Of a DNA stretch of 64,000 nucleotides, positions 40,900 through 63,931 are shown piece by piece. Numbering within the stretch: the stretch's first letter is position 1; each line of letters opens with the position of its first letter. This DNA is from Antedon mediterranea (Eukaryota > Animalia > Echinodermata): assembly GCF_964355755.1 (NCBI RefSeq), contig NC_092673.1, positions 19,713,648 to 19,777,647 of the forward strand, written 5' to 3'. Made by a program: the position numbers and the translations under genes. The notes beneath the pieces were generated by a model. The model was not told where the DNA came from, searched no databases, and was given only the letters and a program-made list of their open reading frames with translations.

Positions 40900-43800
40900 C
40901 TAATAGAATCGTTTGCGATTGTGTTCCTGTCTTTTCATAAATACTACAGCTCCAACTATTACGCATACAGCGATGCCGAGTAGTATACAAAATATCATTA
41001 GAAACATTTTTTTCCAGGTTAGCGTTACATTCTTGAAAGCGCCCTTAGGATCGTCAACATGATCTGTGAAAATAAAATTTAATTTCAATATTACTTTCAT
41101 TTCCAATTAACTATATACTCGTTTTTATAGGTTAATCAATAAAATGTTTAATTCCAACAAATGTGTACAGTATTGTCGAACATTAAGTAGCGAGTAAGTG
41201 GCCGAGTGGTTAAGACAGTGGAACCGTAATACATTGTCATAACATCAGCAAGGGTTCGAGGCTCTCTTGCTCCATAGTTCGGGTGGTAGAACGAGTCTTC
41301 TCGGATAAGGTCCAGTGTACACATCTAGCTCATGTGCACTTTAAAGAACCTAGTACATCTTTCAAGAAGAGTAGGGGGTTACCCCGGTGTACTAGTTCAT
41401 ACACAGCCACTGTCTCAAACTCCTCACAGTACTATATACTGAGCCCTCTGGAAGAAGTCTTTTGATAATTTTAAATAATTGTTAACAAACCTCTAGGTGG
41501 TGCAAAGAAATCAGCACTTGGATTTACATTTGCGTAATCATAGTCTTCTTTAGCGCCCTCTATCTCAAGATCAAACACTTTGTATGATATGATGTCATGA
41601 TTATCTGCAAGGCGACAAAAGATCATGTAGAATTAATATAGCAAATGTGTGTTTTACTTTTGAAATTTAATGAATGAAAACATACTCTATTTCTCAAAAA
41701 AGAAAGTTTACAAATTTTGTTAAGTTAATAAAATATATAAAATTATTTATTTATTTTTCACTGTACAGTCAACTCTCCTAATACTGGACTCTCTCAACTC
41801 TCTCAAAACCAGACTTTTCTCGAGGTCCAAAATTATTCTTTACTGTCATTAACAACATATTCCAAATACCAGACTTTCAGGAAAACCAGACATATTAGGT
41901 TAGCCCAAAGGTGTCCGATATTAGGTCAGCCCACAGGTGTCTGGGATAAGGAGAGTTGACTATATTACAATACCTGCTAGTTGGCCAGTGGCAGCTGAAG
42001 CGCCAAAGTAGTAGCCAGTTGGTAAATGAATACCTGGTACATCAAGACATGGTTTCCATTCACCTTTACCATCGATGTCGGTCATTATCTAAACATAAAC
42101 ATTACTGTGACCTTAAAACCTTATCTAAAGCTCTGTCTACACTATCAAACTTTATGTGACAAAAACATGTGATGTGCCCATATATGGACATAATGATGTC
42201 ATATCACTACCATATTTGGGTATATCACTACCATATTTGGGTATATCACTACCATATTTGGGTATATCACTATAATATTTAGGAATCCAAAGGCGAATCC
42301 AAAGGCAAATTACTGACAAAAATGACAATGCTGTGGGTATCAGTGGCTGGATCTCAATGGAGATACAAAAATAAAACGAAAAGCTAAATCAAAACGATAA
42401 AGTAAACAGCCAGAAAAGTTAGCAGAGCTAATATTTAGGTATATCACTACCATATTTGGGTATACAGGTATCACTACCATATTTGGGCAAACTAGTTTGA
42501 TACTATAGTGTAGAAAGAGCTTTTTAATTGGAGTCAGTCAAATTGCAGATGGTGTGTTTGATAGGACATACCAAAAATTAAACATTAATTATTTTCATTA
42601 ATGCTATGATGGATTTAAAACAATAAATGGAAACTAAAAAATATGAACATGCAAAATATGCTTAAATTACTAGTAAATAAAGCTAAGCAAACATGCAAAG
42701 AAATCATGCATTTAATACTAAAGTTTCTTTTCAATTGAAGACCAGTTTTAAAGACATTTTACTGAGTGCCTCAATGGTTAGTAATCGGTACTGTATAGTT
42801 GGTCTTTAATTGAAAGAAAACATAGATAAATGATTATAAAGAAAAATGCAGACTAATTAAATATAAAAGCAAGAGAAGCGCCAGTACTCACAGTCAAACG
42901 TTGCTTCGCATACCTAACAGCAATTTGTGTATTGTGATTTTTATTACGAAATGAACAAGAACAACCCGCCACCTCTGTATGAGTACCATCAGTGTCATGA
43001 TCATAGTGCGTTGAACCATTATTAATCTGAGCAGATATGTAAGGATGCGGATGCTATAGAACAGAAGAAGGACACATAAAGACAGACAAATAAAGAAATG
43101 AAAAGGCGAAGTTCTTAAAACTTACAATTAAATGATCTTTGGAATATCGAATGATAGCAAATGTATCGTCTTGTTTGTTTCTAAATGGAAAATGACAGCC
43201 ACCGACTTCCGTATGGGTGCCGTCTCTGTCGTGGTCATAACTTTTTTTACCATTATTAATTTGTACTGAAATATAAGGATGCTCATGCTAAAAAAATAAA
43301 GGCAAGACAGTTAACATGTGTAGGTATAGTATCAGTTTTAAGAACCATGTCGTTTTCACCATTCACATTTTATCCCCCTGAAAAAATATTGAAAGAAATG
43401 TTGTTGTTGAATATGCTATTTTAATTTCACATAGTAGGGTGGAGCTAAACAAATTATTTAATAATCTCATCAACTTACATTGTGAGGACCATTGTGATTA
43501 CTATATGTGTCAAAATATAATCCAAGTCCTATGTGATAATCCTTATTTCCAAAAACTGGACCTGAAAAAATATAAGACAAGACACTTAATTATGTTTGCC
43601 TCACTCCCCAGGTGTACTGTACAAATAGGCACCTGGGTGTACTGTACAAATAGGCACCTGGGTGTACTGTACAAATAGGCACCTGGGTGTACTGTACAAA
43701 TAGGCACCTGGGTGTACTGTACAAATAGGCACCTGGGTGTACTGTACAAATAGGCACCTGGGTGTACTGTACAAATAGACACCTGGTAAAGGCACAACAT

Positions 43801-46800
43801 TGCACTGATTACTAGTAACATTATGGGAGTATGTTTCCATATGTGTTTGATCCAAAAATGATCAGGGAAAATAATATGTACTGTACAACACTTTCACAGC
43901 ATTAGACGCTTTATACATCCAGAATTATTATTTCCAGGTCTAATTAGTATTAATGTGTGTAGTTAATATTATTCATGCATTTTTGCAGAGTATGTAAAAT
44001 AAAGTGAAATCAGCTAGGATTTATTCTTTACCTAGCTGCATTCTATCCTTTGTGTACCAGATAGCGAATCCATCTCCATATAGTGTCTTGCCTTGACCAT
44101 GTACTTTAAAATGTAGATGTATCTCCCAATTTGGCGATTCATTTGGCTGAAACAGAAGATACATAGCACATTACTTTGTGAAATTTGAGAATTGTTTTAA
44201 TTTCCCTTTTCCGTACTTGTAATATGTATCCAAAAAATGGCCGGGGTATTAATGTGCAGCGTACTGAGCTTGCTTTGTATGTGCTATATAAAAATAAACC
44301 ATTATTATTATTATCACTTTCGGAGACTACAACGTTTGAAACAAATTACTTACAACTTTATTCCAGATTGCTCCTCGCTTACTCTGTCTATCCGGAGTAA
44401 GTCTGATATAGTTATTTGTTACTATTGTACTTCCAATGAAGTCCCACATTGGCATGCTAGCTCCAGCACCTGCAATAGATCAAATTAAATATACTTGCAT
44501 TTTAAAATTATTTCCATTATTATCCATTACATTAGCTAGGAAGGTAGCCGATCACTCCAGCCGCCGTATCAGTTTAGCGCGATGTTATGCACTCCGGCCG
44601 CTATTCAATTCGACTTAGTATGGAGCGCCCATATCTACGTTTTCTATACTGTTCAGTGTTATAACAAATTCTTGGTGAATTTAAATGGAACTAGTTGAAT
44701 ATTTATTAGCAACAATTTTACTTGTTTCATTAACAATAACATTCAAAGAAGTTGGAACTGCTTTTTCTTTCAAACTAAACTTAACTTAATTAAATTCAAT
44801 AATAAAATAATAATCGAATACCCGTCTAATTAATGCTTGAATAACAATATTTAATTTCTTTCTATGTACATTTATTTTTATAGCTTTACATTTATTAACA
44901 TTAAAAATTAGTTAAAACCCTTATTTTTATAACACTTTATCTTGCCAGTACCCATACTTACTAATTATAGTTAATAACAATATTTACAATATTAATTAAT
45001 TTATTTCAAATAATCAAATATCCGTCTAATTAATGTTACCTGGAATTGTATCAAGAATTAATATATCATTTTTGTACAGTCCAATTTACAATGATTTTAT
45101 ATTTTAATTTATATATGATAAAAATAATATGACATATAGGGTACATTGCAATAAATTACATTAATTAATCACATTACAATTAATATACTAGCCTATTACA
45201 TTGGATAAAACACAAATTATTTTATTCTAGCATTAGACCTAATTTAAAACACTTGATGTTGTTGTGATCCTGAAAGAGAAAAAATATACTGTATGATTAC
45301 AAATGTTTATTTTGATTCTCTACAAAAAACGTGTCTCGGTTGTAAAAGACTCATTGGGCGCTCCATAGCTGCGGCCGGAATGAAGCGCGGCCAGAGTGAA
45401 GCGCGGCCGGAGTGATCTGTATTCGCTAGGAAGAGGGCTATGCTTATCTGGGACGATTCGGCCTGGGATGATTTGGCCCACTATACTGTAGGTGGCACAA
45501 TTCAGGTCCAAAATGTCCAACACACTTACGAGTACAGGAATGATGTCAACCCAGTTCTGATTGGTCGGTTAAAATGCTTACGTATAATAATTAATATAGT
45601 ATAGGCCTATGTTTTATTCATTCATACAAAAATAAAACCAGATTCGACAGACGAGCTGGGTGGTGTAATGATGAGGCAACACTGCTCTAGGGGTTGTGGG
45701 ATCGAATGATTATACGCGATGATTATATGCTTGGCAACATTATTTTTGTGGAATTTTATAATAATTTTATGTGGAATTATTATTTCGACAACTTTGTTGT
45801 TTGCATCATTATCCCTGCCTGCCCTCCAGGCCCTGACCCTTCCCTAGTAGTAGTAGCTAGTACTAAGTAGACTAGCCTAGTGTAGTGCCAAGGAATACAG
45901 ATCACTCCGGCCGCGCTTCACTCCGGCCGCGCTTCATTCCGGCCGCGATTCATTCCGGCCGCAGCTATGGAGCGCCCAATGAGTCTTTTACAACCGAGAC
46001 ACGTTTTTTGTAGAGAATCAAAATAAACATTTGTAATCATACAGTATATTTTTTCTCTTTCAGGATCACAACAACATCACAAGTGTTTTAAATTAGGTCT
46101 AATGCTAAAACAAAATATTTTATGTGTTTTATCCAATGTAATAGGCTAGTGTATTAATTGTAATGTGATTAATGAATGTAATTTATTGCAATGTACCCTA
46201 TATGTCATATTATTTTTATCATATATAAATTAAAATATAAAATCATTGTAAATTGGACTGTACAAAAATGATATACAGTATTAATTCTTGATACAATTCC
46301 AGGTAACATTAATTATACGGATATTTGATTATTTGAAATAAATTAATTAATATTGTAAATATTGTTATTAACTATAACAAACATCAATAATAATTGATTA
46401 TTTGAAATAAATTAATTAATATTTTACATATTGTTATTAACTATAATTAGTAAGTATGGGTACTGGCAAGATAAAGTGTTATAAAAATAAGGGTTTTAAC
46501 TAATTTTTAATGTTAATAAATGTAAAGCTACAGTATAAAAATAAATGTACATAGAAAGAAATTAAATATTGTTATTCAAGCATTAATTAGACGGGTATTT
46601 GATTATTATTGAATTTAATTAAGTTAAGTTTAGTTTGAAAGAAAAAGCAGTTCCAACTTCTTTGAATGTTATTGTTAATGAAAAAATTAAAATTTTTGCT
46701 AATAAATATTCAACTAGTTCCATTTAAATTCACCAAGAATTTGTTATAACACTGAACAGTATAGAAAACGTAGATATGGGCGCTCCATACTAACGGCCCC

Positions 46801-47661
46801 TTTGCACAAGTTGTCGAATTGAATAGCGGGCCGGTTTACATATTGTTATTAACTATAATTAGTAAGTATGGGTACTGGCAAGATAAAGTGTTATAAAAAT
46901 AAGGGTTTTAACTAATTTTTAATGTTAATAAATGTAAAGCTACAGTATAAAAATAAATGTACATAGAAAGAAATTAAATATTGTTATTCAAGCATTAATT
47001 AGACGGGTATTTGATTATTATTGAATTTAATTAAGTTAAGTTTAGTTTGAAAGAAAAAGCAGTTCCAACTTCTTTGAATGTTATTGTTAATGAAAAAATT
47101 AAAATTTTTGCTAATAAATATTCAACTAGTTCCATTTAAATTCACCAAGAATTTGTTATAACACTGAACAGTATAGAAAACGTAGATATGGGCGCTCCAT
47201 ACTAACGGCCCCTTTGCACAAGTTGTCGAATTGAATAGCGGGCCGGAGTCGAGTGCATAACATCGCGCTAAACTGATACGGCGGCCGGAGTGATCGGCTA
47301 CCGTGCCAAGTAATACTTGCTAAACTAGCCTAGGCCATACTCCATATAAATCTCTCTCTTCCAAGTTTGGAAAAAAGGCTCATCTATGCTTATAAAATAA
47401 AATGCATATCAAAGCCGATAAATATAAATGGGCCGAATCGTCTCAGGGCCGAAATGTCCCGGGTCAATACAGCAGCATCTCGCCTTAACTTTTCTAACGA
47501 GCGTAAACGGTCTCGGCCTAGCCAAAATGCTTTACTTTCTTACCTGTATAGGGGCGCATCAAACTGTGTTCTTTTCTCAAATAATCACTTGCCGTTTTTC
47601 TGTTTGCATTTACAAAACAGCTTAAAAACAAAGTAGTTACAATAGCATGAATTAACGCCAT
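40900..47661 (-). CDS. LMAN2: L-type lectin VIP36/VIPL ortholog; exons 47661-47544, 44469-44354, 44146-44032, 43561-43479, [43287-43126 or 43053-42892], 42088-41974, 41604-41491, 41063-40900
   Basis: Signal peptide, EHSLMRPY, WDFIGST..IRLTPD, GDGFAIWYT, GPVFG..FDTYSN, PYIS..NNG..YDH..DG, LPTGYYFGASAATG, DNHDIIS, TM helix and RKRFY C-terminus. Confidence 0.95.
42284..42428 (-). mobile_element. Short retroposed fragment (LINE/SINE 3' end) with 11-bp TSD, inserted in a MITE
   Basis: taatatttagg at 42273-42283 and 42429-42439; minus-strand tail gcctttggatt x2; contains one unit of the 48-bp array at 54-55 kb. Confidence 0.65.
43607..43786. repeat. Minisatellite, 25-bp unit (gtgtactgtacaaataggcacctgg) x ~7
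   Basis: Near-perfect tandem copies in an LMAN2 intron; explains the repetitive ORFs here. Confidence 0.95.
44543..45424. mobile_element. MULE/MuDR-like non-autonomous element, copy A (882 bp)
   Basis: 8-bp TSD gctaggaa (44535-44542, 45425-45432); GC-rich imperfect TIRs ggtagccgatcactcc / ggagtgatctgtattc; GR..YC termini. Confidence 0.8.
45893..47302. mobile_element. MULE/MuDR-like non-autonomous element, copy B (inverted relative to A, with internal duplication)
   Basis: 8-bp TSD gtgccaag (45885-45892, 47303-47310); near-identical reverse complement of copy A; tandem 412-bp duplication 46423-46834 / 46835-47246. Confidence 0.8.
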
Positions 47662-48626
47662 TTCTTACACAATTTGGAAAGAAGTCCAGCATGGGCGCAA
47701 ATGGAGAGCAATCTCGATATTTCTAATGTGGCAACGTATACCATTTTAGAAATACTAATCAGACGGCGGTCGTATATCGTAACTCGTTAGACGGAATACC
47801 AATAATGATTTCCAGCTACGGTCAAATAGAATTCAACGCTAGTCAAAACTAGTAAGCACGCTCTGAGAACCATAATGCGCATACAGTTTCCTTAGTATTA
47901 TTAATTTGGTTGTTTTATTTTGTAATGCAATAATTTAAATATAAGCATGTTTTAACATGAATGGCATTTAGTTATTCTGCTTTCAAAACGTTTTATTATT
48001 CGTTTACAAGCAATCTAAAAGTAGAGGGCGCTTTACATAACAAAACCAAAGATATATTAATACAAAACATTTCATATATAATTTGCTACACCACCAATAT
48101 AATGTATTCCATTATTACAAGTTATTTCACAAGATATTCCTCCCATTGTGAAGCATTTCTCCCCATGATGATTACCAACAACAAGAGCACACACCAATGA
48201 ATTGAAATTTCAACATTTGAAGGTACTAAATAACATATTCAGTAACTGGTCTACTAAAATATTTACAAAATTAAATATATCAAACAAAATTAATGCAAGT
48301 ATTCTTCTTTGGTTCAGATTACATCACCTCATTTTCAGCATTAAATGGACAAAAGTAGGAATAAACAGAAAATAGGAAATAAAAGACTATATATTTATGA
48401 TATTATATAGCTTTTTAATAACATTATCTTCCCCAATACAAAATAATCGTTAATGCATCCCAATATACAGTAATCAATGTCGTCTGATCGAGGATACTTG
48501 ACATTTTATCACAATAATTCAAATTTATATCCTATATATTATCATCTTGATGGTTTAACTATACACTTTAAAATAATTTAAATGATATTAGCATCTGGCA
48601 GGAAGTTAATTTTAGGATATCGTAGG

Positions 48627-59901
<11,275 letters not shown>

Positions 59902-61151
59902 CTTTAAAAATTCTAGCTTATTTAAAAGCAATTAATTAGTTTATTTAGTTGTAAAAGACTGACAATCGTATCAAGGTTGTATCTAGGCCTGGCTATACCC
60001 AGAGTTCATGTACCTTTCCGCCGGAAGCCGGTGCTGTAAACTCGTCAAAAACCAACTCGGCTGTGCGGCCTACATATCAACGTCAACTCGGACACAGTTT
60101 ACTCAACCGTGTCGATTTGTGACCGGACCAGTAGTGCTTTTAAATTCATACAAAGTCTATGATAAACAAATGAAAACAATGACAATTGATGTTTTACTAT
60201 AGTATTAGAATTTATTAAAAATATATGGTAATTTAATTAAAAAATGTATCAATTTATTTATATATATTTGTATTATTAAATACACTGTCTACACAAAAAC
60301 ACTTTTATTCATCAATTAAACAAATTGCATTGATGTTTGCTTAAAAATCAACATTTCATCAACAAAATAACATATGATAATATAATATATAATCTTAAAT
60401 TATAAATCCAAAGGTAAATTGCTGAAAAAAAAAATTATATAAATATTTATGCAGATAACCTGATTAAGTCATAGTACAAAATTAATAGTAAATTAAAGTA
60501 TTAATCCACAAACGACATTGACATCATTAATATTATCATGGAGTAAAGAATAACTTTACTCCATGATATTATCGTTGTTGTTAATTACTGGCAGTACAGA
60601 ATGGCAGTCAAAAATAAAATACAATCAAAATGTACTTTTTACCACCAACAATTAAGTTCCTCTTATTTTTTTTTTATCAACATTTTGTTTTTATTCTTAA
60701 TTAAACTGTCAGCCATTGTCTGTTTTATGTGACAAATCTTGTCATTATACAAAATATATTTTTAGGTTTACAGAATTTTCTACTTTAACTCTAGTCTTAA
60801 ATTAATACATCTTTTATCAAAATTAGTCAATGGAATGTCATGAGATACACATTAGTCTTCCGCATGATAACCATTATTAATATTCAAATATTGAATTCTT
60901 ACATGATGGTAAGAATACATGAGATTCATAATATATTTATATATAACGGTTCATTTATTATTAATTTTAAATTAACTCTAAAGCATATTTTAAATGTCTG
61001 AGAGAACATTTCTAACTTTTTATATCATTTATTATTATACTAACAAATCAGGCAAAGAACAGTAATTCTAAACCGCCCGGTAATATACTGAAATTTAATT
61101 AATTAATCTTAAACGATAAAGATGAGGAAATCTGTGAGAATGAGAAAAAGT

Positions 61152-61225
61152 CGCCCCAACCGAGACTCAAACTCGGACCGCCTGCTTGATATGCAGATGT
61201 CCTATAACCATTAGACCACTGGGGC
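61152..61225 (-). tRNA. tRNA-like cloverleaf, anticodon ATC (Asp-like); probably repeat-borne or pseudo-tRNA
   Basis: Acceptor GCCCCAG/TTGGGGC, D stem GTCT/GGAC, anticodon stem TCTGC/GCAGG with loop ATATCAA, T stem CCGAG/CTCGG with loop TTTGAGT (TTC changed to TTT); A32 is atypical. Confidence 0.45.
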
Positions 61226-61860
61226 TTTCATGGTATTGTTCAAACTCGATTGGATAGCGACTCTTTAACATTTTCGGCGTGGTACGGCGGAACAGCACTA
61301 GTCCTCAGTTATACGCACGCGCACCAGAGATCAAATTGATACGCCCTCATCTTTCAGTATTTATTATATTATGTATTTTCATGTACTTGTATATTTATAG
61401 TATATTTTCTATGTAAATACATGAATGAGATTGGTTGAAATGGCATCACATAGCTACTGCTACATGGATGAAAAATTGATTAACAGGGTTCATTTTAGTG
61501 TCAAATTATTCAAAACATATTGTGTTATTTATACATATATCTTATTGTCATAATACTACACTACCATTTATAGCACTTTGACCTCGTCTTCTTATATCTC
61601 AGTACTGATAAAGTAGGTAACTATTATGCAATAACACACTAGTTATATATATGTATAGTAGAACCCCTGCTTTCCTCTATTCAGAGGACACTCTTATTAA
61701 GGGGGAGGGGGGGGGGGGAGAGACACTTTGTTTGGTCTCAAAGGTGTCCCCTTAATAGGGTTATACTGTAATATTTAAGTACCCGCACATAAAAACAACA
61801 TCTAGTTGCATTTATTGTACCAATAATTTGGAATTGATGAACATTAAACACCGTGAGAAA

Positions 61861-63931
61861 TCATAACCCTGCATATACAGGGTTTTGTCCCGACCGTCCC
61901 AAAAGAGGTTCGTGCTGTCCGCTTCGTCGTCGCTTTCGGAGGTAGACTGTAATTGCGACGGCTATAATGATGGCCATAGCAACGGAACAAGTACAGACAA
62001 TGATATAAAATTGAGCAGTAGGAACACATCCCTGGAAAAAAAAAATACAATTTAAGAAGTCGATATTTTAATGTAACGTTTTCAACTTTCATACATAGTA
62101 AAAGGGCCACTAACAATGTTAAATAAAGCCTTGTTCGCACTGGACTGGAAAAATGGTAAATTTAACCATGATAGCTTTACAAAGATTTGACCATTGTTTT
62201 TTCATGCAGTTAGTTTACTGAGACCATGGTAAGTTTACTGGACTGGCAGTGGTCAGTAAAAGTAAATATTGCATATTGGTTAATAATTTAACCCTGTGGG
62301 AATTGTAGCTAGTGTTCGAATTGGACTTTCTTGGTCACTTTAGCCGGTGACTAGGTTAATTTGAACAAATCAAGTCCAGTTTGAAGACTCTAGAGGCAGA
62401 ATTACACATTATTTTCATATTATCTCATCAAGTTTAGCTAGAGGTAGATTTGGACCTCATTAGTATTTAGTAAGTATTTTGCAACTAAACATACAAAATC
62501 AATGCAGAAAATCAACTGGATTTTAGGAGTGAAAGTTTGAGGAGGTGCGTGCGATATATTTATAAAATATTTAGAGATAATTACACTCACCTCTTCCTCA
62601 TTACTGTACCATGTTGATTTACAATAACTGGGCTGTACACTCCCTGCTGGACAGTTGGCGTTGCTAGGGCAAGGCTCAGGTACACAAAATGGACACTGTA
62701 AAAGTTATTTAAAGATTGAAAAGAGGAAAAAAAAGCAAGAAATATAATTTGTAAAATGGTGAACTAAAAATAAAACAGGCAGAAAGACAGACTTTCAATC
62801 TACAGTAGCAATGGGATCCAACAAAATGTCCCTTTAATAGGGCTGTCCCTTTAATAGACGTGTCCCTTTAATATGGGTGTCCCTTTAATAGATGTGTCCC
62901 TTTAATATGGGTGTCCCTTTAATAGATGTGTCCATTTAATAGATGTGTCCATTTAATAGATGTGTCCCTTTAATAGGAGTGTCCCTTTAATAGGAGTGTC
63001 CCTTTAATAGACGTGTCCCTTTAATATGGGTGTCCCTTTAATAGGAGTGTCCCTTTAATAGGAGTGTCCCTTTAATAGACGTGTCCCTTTAATATGGGTG
63101 TCCCTTTAATAGACGTGTCCCTTTAATAGACGTGTCCCTTTAATAGACGTGTCCCTTTAATAGACGTGTCCCTTTAATATGGGTGTCCCTTTAATAGACG
63201 TGTCCCTTTAATAGACGTGTCCCTTTAATAGGGGTGTCCCTTTAATAGACGTGTCCCTTTAATATGGGTGTCCCTTTAATAGAAGTGTCCCTTTAATAGG
63301 GCTGTCCCTTTAATAGACTTGTCCCTTTAATATGGGTGTCCCTTTAACATGGGTGTCCCTTTAATAGATGTGTCCCTTTAATAGGGGTGCCCCTTTAATA
63401 TGGGTATCACTTTAATAGGGATTTCCCTTTAATAGGGTGTTTCTTTCATAGAAGTGTCCCTTTAATAGGGGTGTTCCTTTAATTGGTGTGTCCCTTAAAT
63501 AGGGTGTACCTTTAATAGGGGTGTCCCATTAATAGGGGTGTCCCTTTAATAGGCGTTGGCTGTAGTGTTAAAACATATAAGACACTCGCTTCACAGGAAT
63601 ATTCTAGAATTTAACGTTAAAACTCTGCCTACACTCATACTAATTTGGCCAAAAAGTGTGATGTGCCCTAATATGATAGTTTTATGACGTCACCATGTCA
63701 TGTTGTCATTGTAAATTGAATGCAAAATCGCAATTTATCTTACTGGACAGAAGTAACCTTGAGGGCACTGAATACAGGATGTCTGACCAGTCTTGTCCTG
63801 ATACCAGCCTTGATGGCACACAGCACATAGATTGGTACTGGTGGATGACTTGTGGTATCCTTTAGAGCACTTTGTACAGTTTGTGGCGTGGATTTCATTT
63901 GCCTCATAGCCTGGCCCACAGCCTGAACAAC
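61861..63931 (-). CDS. 3' part of a Cys-rich (GCC2/GCC3, ephrin-receptor-like repeat) type I membrane protein; exons ~63931-63743, 62695-62591, 62031-61861; 5' end outside window
   Basis: CSGCGPGY..CTKCSKGYHK..CAVCHQGWYQDKTGQTSCIQCPQGYFCP | CPFCVPEPCPSNANCPAGS.. | TM FYIIVCTCSVAMAIIIAVAITVYL, stop-transfer RKRRR, tail ..EPLLGRSGQNPVYAGL*. Confidence 0.85.
62828..63550. repeat. Satellite, 17-bp unit (tgtccctttaatagacg and variants) x ~42
   Basis: Direct tandem copies, degenerating toward 63550. Confidence 0.95.

Noticed and set aside
43439-43855. Overlapping short ORFs with periodic peptides
   Set aside because: Produced by the 25-bp minisatellite and the antisense of an LMAN2 exon.
61700-61720. 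G-run / possible G-quadruplex
   Set aside because: Simple homopolymer expansion inside a MITE; no supporting context.
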